Assembly (NCBI GenBank): GCA_037917675.1
Contig: JAVCBW010000034.1
Coordinates: 20,489-84,488, forward strand
Source: Thermoproteota archaeon
GTDB lineage: Archaea > Korarchaeota > Korarchaeia > B14-G2
DNA: 64,000 nt
Direction of reading: 5' to 3'
The translations under genes were made by a program, and so were the position numbers. Below the pieces are notes generated by a model. It did not search any database, had not been told where the DNA came from, and was given only the letters and a program-made list of their open reading frames with translations. Positions 18,826-29,070 of this stretch are shown in pieces (the stretch's first letter is position 1; each line of letters begins with the position of its first letter).

Positions 18826-20202
18826 TTAAGCTAGCTTATGCCTCCCTCCGATCTCTGAGACTGCTCTAGCTGAGAGCTCCAAGCCGAGTCTAGCAGCATC
18901 CTCGACATCACAGCCGCCCAGGAGCCCTATGGCAAGCCCAGCTGAGAAGGCGTCTCCAGCTCCAGTCGTGTCTCTTGCTGTAACGCTATCTGCTAGCAGC
19001 TCTATACACCTGTCCTCTCTCAGGATCAGACACCCCCTGCTACCGAGGGTGACTACAGCAGCTCCACAGCCCTCTCTAACCAGCTGCATGAGCTTGCTCC
19101 TCCAGCCTTCAATAGAGCTAGCTGACTCTATGTTCAGTATGAAGACATCAGCTAGCTTAGCTATCTCAAGAGCCTGCCTGCCTCTGATCTTGATCATGGG
19201 AAGCCCAGGCCTATAGACCACAGTCTTCCCTCTGTCCCTGGCATATCCTGCTATTACGCGAGCTATCTCCGTGTAGACCTCTCCGACATAGACTAGCTTG
19301 CTCTCCTCAACCCTCTCCCAGCTGACCTCGCTAGGAGAGCTCAGTGAGAGGGATGTCTCCTCTCTAGCTGGAAGAACCACCTGCTTACATCCGTCTCTAG
19401 CCACTAGCACTATTGTTCTAGCTGTCTCAGCCTCCTCTGAGACTACTATGCTGCTCAAGTCTACACCTAGCTCAGCTAGCCTAGCCATAGCTATGAGAGC
19501 AGCCTCGTCAGCACCGACCTTCGCTATGAGAGCTGTTGCAACCTCCATCTGAGCTAGAGCTGCAGCTACATTAGCTGCCATCCCACCTGGGAGAACTATG
19601 GTGTCTAGTGTGAAGTATGTTTCGTCTCTCAGAGGGAGCTCCTCAGCTGGCACCTCATAGTCTACTGCTATAGAGCCGAAGACAGCTGCCTCTATGCTCT
19701 TCCTAGTGGATGCAGCTAGGCTGCTCAGATATGACTTGAGGAAGGACTTCAGTATGAGCTTTGGGCTGACCTTGTAGTCGACACAGAACCTAGCTACGCT
19801 CTCAGCATATAGCTTGAAGAGCTCCACTGAGAGCTCTCTGACATACTCGTCTTCAGCTAGCCTCGGAGGTGAGAGGAGCATCGAGATCCAGGCTCCAAGC
19901 TTCGTGAGCCTATACCTCCTGACCCACACCCTCTTTCCCTTGGACTCAACTCTCCCAGTAGACTCCTCTAGTAGCCCTGCTCTGACCAGCTCCCTAAGCC
20001 TCTTCACCACAGTCTTGTCTGACTTCCTCCCCTTAAAGGTGTCTACTATCTCCTGCTGCCTCACAAAGCCCCTTAGCGGCATGAGTCTAAGGATCTCCAT
20101 CGCGTCCTCTGAGCCGAATGCTGACAGCAGGATCCTAGCCTGCTCATTCAGCTTGACTGGTAGCGGAAGTATGTAGGGCCATATGCTGCTCAAGCAAGCC
20201 AC
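18826..20202 (-). CDS. Winged-helix DNA-binding domain fused to a PfkB/ribokinase-family sugar kinase
   Basis: 458 aa; N-terminal wHTH-like region (VVKRLRELVRAGLLEE); C-terminal PfkB signature DTTGAGDAFSAG. Confidence 0.75.
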   Translation of the reverse strand: MACLSSIWPYILPLPVKLNEQARILLSAFGSEDAMEILRLMPLRGFVRQQEIVDTFKGRKSDKTVVKRLRELVRAGLLEESTGRVESKGKRVWVRRYRLTKLGAWISMLLSPPRLAEDEYVRELSVELFKLYAESVARFCVDYKVSPKLILKSFLKSYLSSLAASTRKSIEAAVFGSIAVDYEVPAEELPLRDETYFTLDTIVLPGGMAANVAAALAQMEVATALIAKVGADEAALIAMARLAELGVDLSSIVVSEEAETARTIVLVARDGCKQVVLPAREETSLSLSSPSEVSWERVEESKLVYVGEVYTEIARVIAGYARDRGKTVVYRPGLPMIKIRGRQALEIAKLADVFILNIESASSIEGWRSKLMQLVREGCGAAVVTLGSRGCLILREDRCIELLADSVTARDTTGAGDAFSAGLAIGLLGGCDVEDAARLGLELSARAVSEIGGRHKLA

Positions 20203-20305
20203 CTGCCAGGCTATTGGGCTGATGCAAGCTCCTCTTTAAACTGTGTGGTATGCCGTCTAGCAGCTGGAACCTCAGGAAGAAGGCTTTCCACCGCTTCCAG
20301 GCAAG

Positions 20306-20312
20306 TTTAAAA
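20306..20312 (+). promoter_or_regulatory. TATA-like box (TTTAAAA)
   Basis: Centre lies about 35 nt upstream of the GTG start at 20344. Confidence 0.35.
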
Positions 20313-20343
20313 CGCTAGAGCGGAGAGCTAGCCTGGTGGTCTT

Positions 20344-21078
20344 GTGCCTGCACCCTCATCTAGACACCTAGCTCTCATAGCTGTCTTGGCGGCAGTCTAT
20401 GCCATGGCATCTATGCTCCCAGGCATACCTGTGATCGGTGGAGGAGGTAAAGGCAGAATAGAGCTAGCAGCCTTCCTTGGGCCAGTCTACGGGATGCTGA
20501 TAGGCCCATTCACAGGCTTTGCTGCAGCGTGGCTTGGAGCTCTAGTAAGCTGGGTTCTACCACCTGGGTCTTCAGGCCCATGGGGGCTTGCCACAACTCT
20601 CTGCCCAGCTATGGGAGCTCTAGTCTCAGGGCTAGCTGTCACCCAGAGGGTCGGCAGGATGAGAGGCTGGACTCTAGCTTCAGCTGTCCTAGGAGCTCTG
20701 CTAGCTGGCTGGTACATGACAGCAGTAGGGAGGATAGCCTACTGGTATCCTCTGCTCCAGTGGGCTGGGCTCATCATGATCTTAGCTTCAGGTAGGTGGC
20801 TCCCAAAGCTATATGATGGGAAGTCTATGCCTGCTGCAGCTGTGCTAGCAGGCTATGCTGGCATAGTCTCAGACCACATGGTCGGTAACCTGCTCTTCAT
20901 AGAGCTCGGAAGCCCACTCCTAGGGGTCTCCATGGCACCTGAGAAGATGGCTGCCCTCTTCAAGGCTGTACTACCCATCTCAGCAGCAGAGAGGATGACC
21001 ATGCTCCTGCTCCTAGCGGTCATAGGTGTTCCAGTGATCTATGCTGTCAGGTCTTCAGGTGTCCTCAAACGCAGCTAA
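20344..21078 (+). CDS. Polytopic membrane protein (possibly ECF-type S component)
   Basis: 244 aa, multiple hydrophobic spans, Gly-rich loop; family assignment is a guess. Confidence 0.45.
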   Translation: MPAPSSRHLALIAVLAAVYAMASMLPGIPVIGGGGKGRIELAAFLGPVYGMLIGPFTGFAAAWLGALVSWVLPPGSSGPWGLATTLCPAMGALVSGLAVTQRVGRMRGWTLASAVLGALLAGWYMTAVGRIAYWYPLLQWAGLIMILASGRWLPKLYDGKSMPAAAVLAGYAGIVSDHMVGNLLFIELGSPLLGVSMAPEKMAALFKAVLPISAAERMTMLLLLAVIGVPVIYAVRSSGVLKRS

Positions 21079-21091
21079 ACAAAAATGCTGA

Positions 21092-22159
21092 GTGAGCCCC
21101 CTTCTCTCAGGTGGGTGCTTGAGTAGAGTCCTACTCAGCTTCAGAAGCTATGCTCTAGCTGAGAGGGAGGAGAGGCTGGAGGCTGAGGTTACGAGAGAGC
21201 TGGCCCTAAGCCTCTATAGTAAGATGGTGCTCTCTAGGGTCCTTGAAGAAGAGCTCAAGAGGAGGTATGAGAGCTTTGAGATGAGAGGTGAGCTCCACCT
21301 CAGCCGAGGCCAGGAGGCTATCCCAGCTGGAGTATGTGAGCTCCTATCTGACAGAGACTTCGTCTCAGCTACTCATAGGTGCATAGCTCATGCTGTATGT
21401 AAGGGGCTGCCACTAGAGGGTATCATAGCAGAGCTGTATGGGAGGGCTTCAGGAGTCTGTAAGGGTAAGGGAGGCCCAATGCATCTTGCGAGCAGCAGCA
21501 AGAGGTTTCTGGCAACAGGCATAGTTGGAGGAGGGATCCCTATTGCTGTGGGAGCTGCGTTAGCCTTCAAGACACTCAGGGAGGACAGCGTTGCAGTAGC
21601 CTTCTTCGGAGACGGAGCTGCAAACCAGGGTACATTCCATGAGTCCCTCAACCTAGCCTCCATATACAGGCTTCCAGTAGTCTTCGTCATCGAGGACAAC
21701 CAGTATGCCTTCAGTACGAGGAGAAGTGAGTCGACTGCTATAGAGGACAACGCTATTAGAGCTCTAGGCTACAGGATGCCAGGCCTAGTTGTAGATGGGA
21801 ATGATGCTATAGCAGTGTATGCAGCAGCAAGGTGGGCTATAGAGAGAGCTAGGAGGGGAGGGGGGCCAGCTCTGCTGGACTGCAAGACATATAGGCTGTC
21901 ACCTCACCTCGAGGTAATAGACACAGAGGAGTATAGGCCTGGAGGAGAGAGGGAGAGGTGGGAGAGGCTTGACCCAGTCAGGAGGCTAGAGGAGAAGGCG
22001 GTAGGGCTGAAGCTGGCGTCAAGCGAGGACTTCGAGCAGATATGGTCTGAGTCTAGGGAGCTGGTCGAAGAAGCATTCAGGAGGGCTCTGAGCTCCCCTC
22101 TACCGAGCCAAGAGGAGGCTTTCTGCGACTTGTTCTCAGGTGAGTGCTATGCCACGTGA
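21092..22159 (+). CDS. 2-oxoacid dehydrogenase E1 component, alpha subunit (TPP-dependent)
   Basis: 355 aa; TPP motif FFGDGAANQGTFHESLNLA. Confidence 0.85.
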   Translation: MSPLLSGGCLSRVLLSFRSYALAEREERLEAEVTRELALSLYSKMVLSRVLEEELKRRYESFEMRGELHLSRGQEAIPAGVCELLSDRDFVSATHRCIAHAVCKGLPLEGIIAELYGRASGVCKGKGGPMHLASSSKRFLATGIVGGGIPIAVGAALAFKTLREDSVAVAFFGDGAANQGTFHESLNLASIYRLPVVFVIEDNQYAFSTRRSESTAIEDNAIRALGYRMPGLVVDGNDAIAVYAAARWAIERARRGGGPALLDCKTYRLSPHLEVIDTEEYRPGGERERWERLDPVRRLEEKAVGLKLASSEDFEQIWSESRELVEEAFRRALSSPLPSQEEAFCDLFSGECYAT

Positions 22160-23156
22160 GATAGCTATGTGGGAGGCCATAAACGAGGCCATGAGGCAGG
22201 AGATGGAGAGAGATAGCAGGGTGATAGTGCTAGGAGAGGATGTAGGCAAGATGGGTGGGGTCTTCTGGTGTACTCAAGGCCTCCTAGAGCAGTTCGGGAG
22301 CTCCAGGGTAATAGATACACCGATAAGCGAGGCTGGGTTCATGGGGATGGCTATCGGAGCAGCACTGATAGGGCTGAGGCCTATAGTAGAGCTCCAGCTC
22401 ATAGACTTCTTCGGGGTGGCTTGGGACCAGATATACAACCACCTGGCTAAGATCAGGTACATGTCTGGAGGCCAGTTTAAGCTGCCAGTTGTGATAAGAG
22501 CTCCGATAGGAGGAGGCTACGGTGGCGCAGCACAGCACTCCCAGGTCCTGTACTCCATATTTGCTCACATCCCAGGGCTGAAGGTTGTAGCTCCATCAAA
22601 CCCATATGACGCTAAGGGCCTGCTGATCTCAGCTATAAGATGCGATGACCCAGTCGTGTTCCTAGAGCATAAGCTCCTATATGGCCTATTCTATCTCCCA
22701 CCAGGCTCCTTTGGAGAGGTACCTGAGGGCTCATATGAGCTCCCACTTGGGGAAGCTAGAGTGGCAGCTGAGGGAGACGATATCACGATAGTCGGGGTAG
22801 CATACACAGCATACATAGCTGAGAAGGCAGCTGAAGCTCTCAGAGAGCAGGATGTGAGCGCTGAGGTCATAGACCTAAGGACTCTAGTGCCACTAGACAA
22901 GCAGGCGCTCAGGAGGTCAGTGAGGAAGACAGGGAGGCTCCTCGTAGTAGATGAAGACTACCTCCCTTATGGGCTGACAGGTGAGGTCATAGCTACTGTA
23001 GCAGAGGACGCTGAGTCCTTTAGAGCGCTTAAGGCTCCTCCAGCTAGAATAGGGAACCCAGGTGTCCCAGTACCTTTCTCGGAGCCTCTGGAGCAAGCTG
23101 TTCTCCCATCCCAAGATAAGGTTGTAAGGGAAGCTCTAAAGGTGGTGAGGGGCTGA
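22149..23156 (+). CDS. 2-oxoacid dehydrogenase E1 component, beta subunit
   Basis: N-terminus MPREIAMWEAINEAM...VIVLGEDVG...DTPISE typical of E1 beta; overlaps the E1 alpha stop by 11 nt. Confidence 0.85.
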   Translation: MPREIAMWEAINEAMRQEMERDSRVIVLGEDVGKMGGVFWCTQGLLEQFGSSRVIDTPISEAGFMGMAIGAALIGLRPIVELQLIDFFGVAWDQIYNHLAKIRYMSGGQFKLPVVIRAPIGGGYGGAAQHSQVLYSIFAHIPGLKVVAPSNPYDAKGLLISAIRCDDPVVFLEHKLLYGLFYLPPGSFGEVPEGSYELPLGEARVAAEGDDITIVGVAYTAYIAEKAAEALREQDVSAEVIDLRTLVPLDKQALRRSVRKTGRLLVVDEDYLPYGLTGEVIATVAEDAESFRALKAPPARIGNPGVPVPFSEPLEQAVLPSQDKVVREALKVVRG

Positions 23157-23601
23157 GGGTAGCTGTCTCCCTAGCAGGCTAGCTTCATTGACGGCACATA
23201 GCTCTGCATGCTGTCAGAGTGCTGTTTAATCGCGGGCTCTGTGAGAGCAGCAGAGAGCTGAAGCTTGAGGATTGTAGCTCTAGATGTTATGTCGAGAACA
23301 TAACCGGCATATAGCTGAGAGAGGGGAGTCTTCCCCTCACGCTCGGGAAGCATGGTGTCTGGCTTCTATCTCTATGGGAGAAGCACTCGGAGGTGGGTTC
23401 TAGCCTTAGAAAGCCTCTTAGCTACATGGGATAGAGCTTTAGATGCTGCTGCAGCCACAGCTAGAAACAGGGAGATTAATAGCATTGCAAGAGGTATCGC
23501 TATAGCTGTGCCATCCATTAACTTTCACCACGTAGCTCTCGCTGGAGCTCAGCGCATATAAAAACTTTGGCTGGCAGTAGTCTCACTGGTATAGGGCACA
23601 T

Positions 23602-24162
23602 GTGGGTGGTGAGAGGTTGAAGGCAGATGTTGGAGACTACTTCCACAGGCTCCTACACCCTAGTCTCACAGTACTCTTGGTCTCAAAGAGCAGGGGGAAG
23701 GTCAATGTGATGGCATGTAGCTGGATAACTCCTGTAAGCGAGGATCCTCCTCTGGTAGCTGTAGCTGTAGGCAGAGAGTCTCTAACTAACCAGCTGATAA
23801 GAGAGTCAAGAGAGTTCACTGTGAACATCCCTCCAGCATCTATGCTGAGTCAGGTCTGGAAGGCTGGCACTACAAGTGGCAGGAGGGTTGATAAGGTCAG
23901 AGAGCTGGGCCTGAGGCTTTCAGACCCCAGGGCAGTGTCTACTCCAGTGATAGAGGGGTGTATGGCAAGCCTAGAGTGTGTGGTGGTCAGAGAGGTTGAG
24001 GCAGGAGAGTGTACTCTATTCATAGGAGAGGTGAAAGCTGCCTATGCTGACAGAAGCCTCTTCAAGAGAGGCTTATGGGATCTGAGCAAGACAGATCTGC
24101 TACTCCACTTAGGGTCAAGGTACTTCACAGTCCCACGTGAGAGGCTTCAGCCTCCAAGGTAG
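23602..24162 (+). CDS. Flavin reductase-like FMN-binding domain protein
   Basis: 186 aa; VNVMACSWITPVSEDPPLVAVAV pattern of the flavin reductase-like fold. Confidence 0.7.
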   Translation: MGGERLKADVGDYFHRLLHPSLTVLLVSKSRGKVNVMACSWITPVSEDPPLVAVAVGRESLTNQLIRESREFTVNIPPASMLSQVWKAGTTSGRRVDKVRELGLRLSDPRAVSTPVIEGCMASLECVVVREVEAGECTLFIGEVKAAYADRSLFKRGLWDLSKTDLLLHLGSRYFTVPRERLQPPR

Positions 24163-24498
24163 CTACTCCCCAAGCCTGATGACTCCCATGTCATCTAGGA
24201 AGTCTAGTATGCCATCAGCTACAGCTAGAGCCTTGACCCAGAGGCTAGCTTCGCTTGCTGCTGCAACAAGGATGCAGCAGGGGAAGTGCTCTAGGTAGGG
24301 TGCTTTTAGGAGCCTTTTTCCAGCAGCCTCAGCTACATCCTTCATGATGAAGGCTATGAACGTGGCTGCTAGAGCCACGTCATGCCCTGAAAGCTTAGAT
24401 ACGTAGAGCACCCATGCTGGAAGCCATATCAGGTACCAGACCACCCTCCCAGGCCCTCTATTCTTAGCTAAGAGCTTCTTAATCCTCACCATCCACAC
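24163..24498 (-). CDS. Small membrane protein, unknown function
   Basis: 111 aa with 2-3 hydrophobic spans; start overlaps the ccdA stop by 1 nt. Confidence 0.4.
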   Translation of the reverse strand: MWMVRIKKLLAKNRGPGRVVWYLIWLPAWVLYVSKLSGHDVALAATFIAFIMKDVAEAAGKRLLKAPYLEHFPCCILVAAASEASLWVKALAVADGILDFLDDMGVIRLGE

Positions 24499-25139
24499 TA
24501 TATGACCCCCTGAGCATGAGCTATCATATAGGCTCCTACAGCAACTAGAGTTGACCCAGCAACATGCTCCATGTATCTGCTTAGCTTAGCAAGCTTAGCT
24601 GTAACCGGCTTCCTTTCAGCTATCCCACCGACTATGAGGAATGGGAGACCTGCTCCAAGACTGAATGATAGCATGTATAGTGCAGCATTGAGCAGGTCAG
24701 CTGAGGCAGCCATAGCTACAGCTGAGATGATCACAGGGCCAGCGCATGGCGCACCGATCAAGGCGAAGGCTAGCCCTATCATAAATGCCCCCAGAACTCC
24801 CTCTTTAGCTTCAGGCTGCCAGCCTAGCCTGTAGAAGATTTGTTTAAGTGGGCTGAGCACCACAGTGCCCATCAGGACTAGTAGAGCTCCTGAGGCTGTA
24901 GCTAGCCTGCTATACTCTGCTATGAGCATGTGGCTCACATAGGATGCCAGCACCCCATAGGCTGTGAAGCTAGCTATTATCCCAAGCATGCAGGCTGCTC
25001 CAGCCAAGAGCCCTCTTCTGCCACGTGATGCAGCTAGGTAGGTGACGAATGTAGGCAGCACTGGGAAGAGGCATCCAGAGAAGGCTACGGAGACCCCCAT
25101 TATGAATGCAGCAGGAAGCTCTGCAGCCTGCAAGCTCAC
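24498..25139 (-). CDS. ccdA: CcdA/DsbD-family thiol-disulfide electron transporter
   Basis: 213 aa polytopic; conserved Cys contexts CLFPVLP and APCAGP. Confidence 0.8.
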   Translation of the reverse strand: MSLQAAELPAAFIMGVSVAFSGCLFPVLPTFVTYLAASRGRRGLLAGAACMLGIIASFTAYGVLASYVSHMLIAEYSRLATASGALLVLMGTVVLSPLKQIFYRLGWQPEAKEGVLGAFMIGLAFALIGAPCAGPVIISAVAMAASADLLNAALYMLSFSLGAGLPFLIVGGIAERKPVTAKLAKLSRYMEHVAGSTLVAVGAYMIAHAQGVI

Positions 25140-25732
25140 CTCCTCTTAGCTAGAGCTATAGCAGCTGCTGCAGCAGCTAAGACAGCTAGAGATAGGGCAG
25201 CTGGCAGCAGCCTAGAGCCTCCAGCTTCCTCTGCTGCCGTGGTTTCCTCTGGAAGCTGCCCTATTAGCCTAGAGACCTCCCTGGACACCACGTCTGTGCT
25301 TGTAAGCCCCACGTGGAACCATGCAATAACACCCTCTCTGTCTACTAGCACTAGAGTCGGTATAGCTTTGACACCATATGCTGAGCCAGCTGCCCCCTCT
25401 GGGTCTACTAGGACTATCCACGTCATCCCTCTGCTCTCAGCGAACTCCCTGACCTTCTCTATGCTCTCACCGAGGTCCACGGAGATTATCACGAAGTCCT
25501 CTGGCGGGTACATCCCCCTGAGCTCAGCTAGCCTAGGTATCATCGACCTGCATGGCCCACACCAGGTGGCGAAGAAGTCTAGGAGGACTACCTTCCCTCT
25601 GAAGCTGCTTAGAGCATACTCCTCTCCATCTATCCCCTCTAGCTTGAAGTCAGGTGCCTTAGAGCCTACTTCAGGCTGGCAGGCTGCTAGGGCTCCAGCA
25701 GCTGCCATCAGGGCTAGAGATGCTGCCAGCAT
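25136..25732 (-). CDS. TlpA/ResA-like extracytoplasmic thioredoxin with lipobox-like N-terminus and C-terminal anchor
   Basis: WCGPC active site; start set at ATG 25732 (MLAASLALMAAAGALAAC) because the longer ORF overlaps the upstream gene. Confidence 0.75.
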   Translation of the reverse strand: MLAASLALMAAAGALAACQPEVGSKAPDFKLEGIDGEEYALSSFRGKVVLLDFFATWCGPCRSMIPRLAELRGMYPPEDFVIISVDLGESIEKVREFAESRGMTWIVLVDPEGAAGSAYGVKAIPTLVLVDREGVIAWFHVGLTSTDVVSREVSRLIGQLPEETTAAEEAGGSRLLPAALSLAVLAAAAAAIALAKRR

Positions 25733-25799
25733 AGCCTTCAAGCCAGCACCAGCAGCAGGCTGGTGTACATGGTTAAAAGGTTTCTGGCAGCTATAGGCT

Positions 25800-26582
25800 C
25801 TAAGTGGTGTCACCACACACGCAGAAGGCTTCGTTAAGCAGGTCATAAACCTCTCTCAGCCCCTCTCCTGTTACAGCTGAAGCTAGCGCCACCCTGCTTG
25901 CTGCCCTATACTTCACGAGCACCCCAGCTATCTCAGCTGCCATCTCTGCGATGACTCCGCCTGAATCAGACTGCACAGCTTCCATAGCCTCACTCTCATC
26001 CATCTCCTCAACCATCCTCTTCAGGAGGACCCTCCTGTCATCTGGAAGCACATCCACCTTGTTCAGCACAGCTACCATTGGAGCTTCAAGCCTCAGCTCA
26101 ACTGCCTTAGCTAGAGCTAGCGTCAGCACTGTCTCAGCTAAGGTTGATGGGAGAGCTGCATCTATCAGGAAAGCCCCTGCTACCCTAGCGTTCTCCTGGA
26201 GGTAAGAGACAAGCCTAGGCCCAGCCTCCCTGAAGGCGAATATCTCAAGCTGCCCAGGAGTGTCTATCAGCGTGACTCCAGCACCTGAGCTCCAAAGTGG
26301 AGCAAGAAGCTCATCTGCTGTCTCAGCTATCCTCTCGACAGCTCTGACCTGAGCGCTATTAGGCCCAAGCCCCTCCTCCTTCATGATGCTCCTGACTGTG
26401 AAGTGCTCTCTGATGTCGTAGTCTGGCTTATAGGGTAGGTACTCTGCTCCAGGATCCAGGTTGACTGCTAGGTGGCTCTCACCTATCTCAGCTAGCAGCT
26501 TGCTGAGTGCAGAAACCATCGTGGACTTACCTGCTCCAGCTGTGCCAAGCAGTAGGACGCATAGCATAGCCACCGCTATCAT
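25800..26582 (-). CDS. GPN-loop GTPase
   Basis: 260 aa; P-loop GTAGAGKST and the eponymous GPN motif (EGLGPNSAQ). Confidence 0.8.
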   Translation of the reverse strand: MIAVAMLCVLLLGTAGAGKSTMVSALSKLLAEIGESHLAVNLDPGAEYLPYKPDYDIREHFTVRSIMKEEGLGPNSAQVRAVERIAETADELLAPLWSSGAGVTLIDTPGQLEIFAFREAGPRLVSYLQENARVAGAFLIDAALPSTLAETVLTLALAKAVELRLEAPMVAVLNKVDVLPDDRRVLLKRMVEEMDESEAMEAVQSDSGGVIAEMAAEIAGVLVKYRAASRVALASAVTGEGLREVYDLLNEAFCVCGDTT

Positions 26583-26609
26583 GTTATAGCCTCGACAGGC
26601 TTATTAACA

Positions 26610-26619
26610 CTTATATTTA
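26610..26619. promoter_or_regulatory. AT-rich TATA region between divergent genes (CTTATATTTA)
   Basis: Lies about 25-33 nt from both the GTG at 26640 (+) and the ATG at 26582 (-). Confidence 0.4.
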
Positions 26620-26639
26620 CCTGACCTTATGTCAGCATA

Positions 26640-27356
26640 GTGGTGAGAGGTATGGTGCCTCCGATAATCATGCAGATATGGCAGATGCTGGTAAGCTGGG
26701 TTCCAAGGCTGATAGCTGTCATCATAATACTGCTGGTAGGCTGGATCATAGGGAGGCTGCTAGGCAAGGGTATCTCAAGGGTGCTTGACAAGGTGGGGCT
26801 AGATGATGCTCTGAGGAAGACCATATTAGGGAAGGCTATAGAGAAGTCTGGGATGAGCATAGTAGGCTTCTTCGACTTGATAGTGAGGCTCTTCGTCTAC
26901 CTTGTAGCGATATTCGCTGCAGTAGACTACCTGGGCATAGAGGTCCTCAGCGCGTACATGAAGGCTGTAGTAGAGTACCTGCCAAGCCTGCTAGCTGGCA
27001 TCTTTGTGATCATAGTAGGCTTCATAGTCTCAGACTTCATAGGGGACACGCTGGCTGCAGTAGGCAAGGAGGCTGAAGTAGCCTATGCCTCGCTGTTCGC
27101 TACAGGCCTGAAGTTCTTCCTCTACTTCATAATAATAGTCATAGGCCTCCAGATGATGAAGATCGACGTGAGCATAATATACCTGTTCGCTAAGGCAGCA
27201 GCTTGGGGTGCTGCAGTAGGCATCGGAGCAGGCTTAGGCATAGCAGTCGGGTGGGGCTTCAAGGACTATGTAGCCAGGAAGGCAGAAGAGTGGACTAAGA
27301 CTCTATCAGAGGCGGCAAAGAAGGCAGAGGAGGGTGTTGGCAAGAAGGCTACTTGA
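26640..27356 (+). CDS. Polytopic membrane protein with repeated TM-helix modules
   Basis: 238 aa; repeated hydrophobic helix followed by basic/GL motifs; charged C-terminal tail. Confidence 0.45.
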   Translation: MVRGMVPPIIMQIWQMLVSWVPRLIAVIIILLVGWIIGRLLGKGISRVLDKVGLDDALRKTILGKAIEKSGMSIVGFFDLIVRLFVYLVAIFAAVDYLGIEVLSAYMKAVVEYLPSLLAGIFVIIVGFIVSDFIGDTLAAVGKEAEVAYASLFATGLKFFLYFIIIVIGLQMMKIDVSIIYLFAKAAAWGAAVGIGAGLGIAVGWGFKDYVARKAEEWTKTLSEAAKKAEEGVGKKAT

Positions 27357-29070
27357 GCATGGGCATTCTGATTCCCTCCTTTTTTACAGTCTGGATTGCC
27401 TTCTCATAGCCTGCGTCAGCATGCCTTACGACACCTATACCAGGGTCTACTGTAAAGACTCTGAGAGCTCTCTCCTCAGACTTCTCTGTACCATCTAAGA
27501 CTAGGCTGAAGCCTGCATGTATGCTGTAGCCTATGCCTACTCCTCCACCATGGTGGACTGCGACCCATGTTGCGCCAGCTGCTGTGTTCAAGAGAGCATT
27601 GAGTATAGGCCAGTCTGCTACAGCATCTGAGCCATCCTTCATCCCCTCAGTCTCTCTCATCGGTGAGGCTACGCTGCCAGAGTCAAGGTGGTCTCTACCG
27701 ACCCATATAGGCCCAGCTAGCTCCCCTCTCCTTACCATGTCATTTATCATCTTGCCGAACCTAGCTCTCTCACCGAAGCCAAGCCAGCAGACCCTAGCTG
27801 GGAGCCCCTGGAACCTCACGTGCCTCCTAGCCTTCTCAATCCACCTACACAGCCTCTTGTTGTAGCTGAACTCACTTAGTATCGTGTCGTCGAGAGCATA
27901 TATGTCCTTTGGCTCACCAACTAGGCTAGTCCACCTGAATGGTCCTCTACCCTCCTCGAACATAGGCCTTATGAAGGCTTGGACGAACCCTGGGAATGCA
28001 AATGCCTCAGCATACCCTGCCTCATAAGCCATTCTCCTGATGTTGTTCCCGTACTCGAAGACGACACTGCCCTTCTTAGCGAACTCAACCATTGCTTCAA
28101 CATGCTTCCTCATCGACGCTAGAGCTCTCCTGACATACTCTCGTGGGTCGCTTTGCCTCAGCCTAGCAGCCTCCTCAACTGAAAGGCCTTCTGGGATGTA
28201 TCCGCTAAGCGGGTCATGGGCTGCAGTCTGGTCTGTCACGACATCTGGTATCACACCTCTCCTGAGGAGCTCAGGGAATACTGTGGCAGCGTTGCCTAGA
28301 AGCCCTATGCTCAATGGCCTCCTCTTCTCCTTCGCTTCCAGAGCCATGTCTATAGCCTTGTCGAGGTCATCTGTCCACGTGTCTAGGAAGCCATGCCTGA
28401 TTCTCCTCTCAATCATCCTCCTGTCGACTTCAACTATCAGCCCAACGCCTCCATTCATCGTTATCGCTAGTGGCTGAGCTCCACCCATCTCACCTAAGCC
28501 AGCTGTCAAGACAAGTCTCCCCTCGAGGCTTCCTCCAAAGTACATGTCTGCAGCATACCCGAATGTCTCATAGGTGCCCTGAAGTATCCCCTGTGTCCCT
28601 ATGTAGTTCCAGCAGCCAGCTGTCATCTGCCCGAACATTATCAGCCCCCTCCTCTCAAGCTCCCAGAAGTGCTCCCAGGTAGCCCACTTAGGCACGAGCA
28701 GAGCGTTGGCAAAAAGTATCCTAGGAGCCATCTCATGGGTCTTGAACACAGCTACAGGCTTCCCACTCTGGATTACAAGGGTCTCATCAGGCTCCATGGT
28801 GAGCAGCGTGTCTACTATGGCCTCAAAGCACTCCCAGTTCCTAGCTGCCTTCCCAGTCCCACCGTACACAATGAGGTTCTTAGGGTCCTTAGCTACCTCA
28901 GGGTCAAGTACATTGAATAGCATTCGTAGAGCTCCCTCAATCTGCCAGCTCTTACAGTGGAGCTCAGCTCCCTTGATCACATGAACCTCTCTCTTCTCAG
29001 GGTTATAGTAGCCTTTATCAACCAGAACCTTAAGAGGCCTCGCCTCAACAGCTAAAGCTCTCTCACTCAA
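27349..29070 (-). CDS. hutU: Urocanate hydratase
   Basis: 573 aa; [24 protein letters not shown] and overall urocanase pattern. Confidence 0.9.
   Translation of the reverse strand: MSERALAVEARPLKVLVDKGYYNPEKREVHVIKGAELHCKSWQIEGALRMLFNVLDPEVAKDPKNLIVYGGTGKAARNWECFEAIVDTLLTMEPDETLVIQSGKPVAVFKTHEMAPRILFANALLVPKWATWEHFWELERRGLIMFGQMTAGCWNYIGTQGILQGTYETFGYAADMYFGGSLEGRLVLTAGLGEMGGAQPLAITMNGGVGLIVEVDRRMIERRIRHGFLDTWTDDLDKAIDMALEAKEKRRPLSIGLLGNAATVFPELLRRGVIPDVVTDQTAAHDPLSGYIPEGLSVEEAARLRQSDPREYVRRALASMRKHVEAMVEFAKKGSVVFEYGNNIRRMAYEAGYAEAFAFPGFVQAFIRPMFEEGRGPFRWTSLVGEPKDIYALDDTILSEFSYNKRLCRWIEKARRHVRFQGLPARVCWLGFGERARFGKMINDMVRRGELAGPIWVGRDHLDSGSVASPMRETEGMKDGSDAVADWPILNALLNTAAGATWVAVHHGGGVGIGYSIHAGFSLVLDGTEKSEERALRVFTVDPGIGVVRHADAGYEKAIQTVKKEGIRMPMLK
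27380..27385 (+). terminator. Oligo-T (T6) candidate archaeal terminator
   Basis: TTTTTT lies 24 nt after the stop of the 26640-27356 gene, inside the hutU 3' coding region on the other strand. Confidence 0.35.

Noticed and set aside
23171-23561. 60-aa minus-strand and 69-aa plus-strand ORFs between E1 beta and the flavin reductase gene
   Set aside because: They have no motifs, overlap each other, and are of marginal length. Only the hand-found 48-aa TM ORF seemed worth flagging, at low interest.
25239-25796. 185-aa plus-strand ORF
   Set aside because: It lies antisense to the TlpA-like thioredoxin gene (WCGPC motif on the other strand), so it is a shadow ORF.
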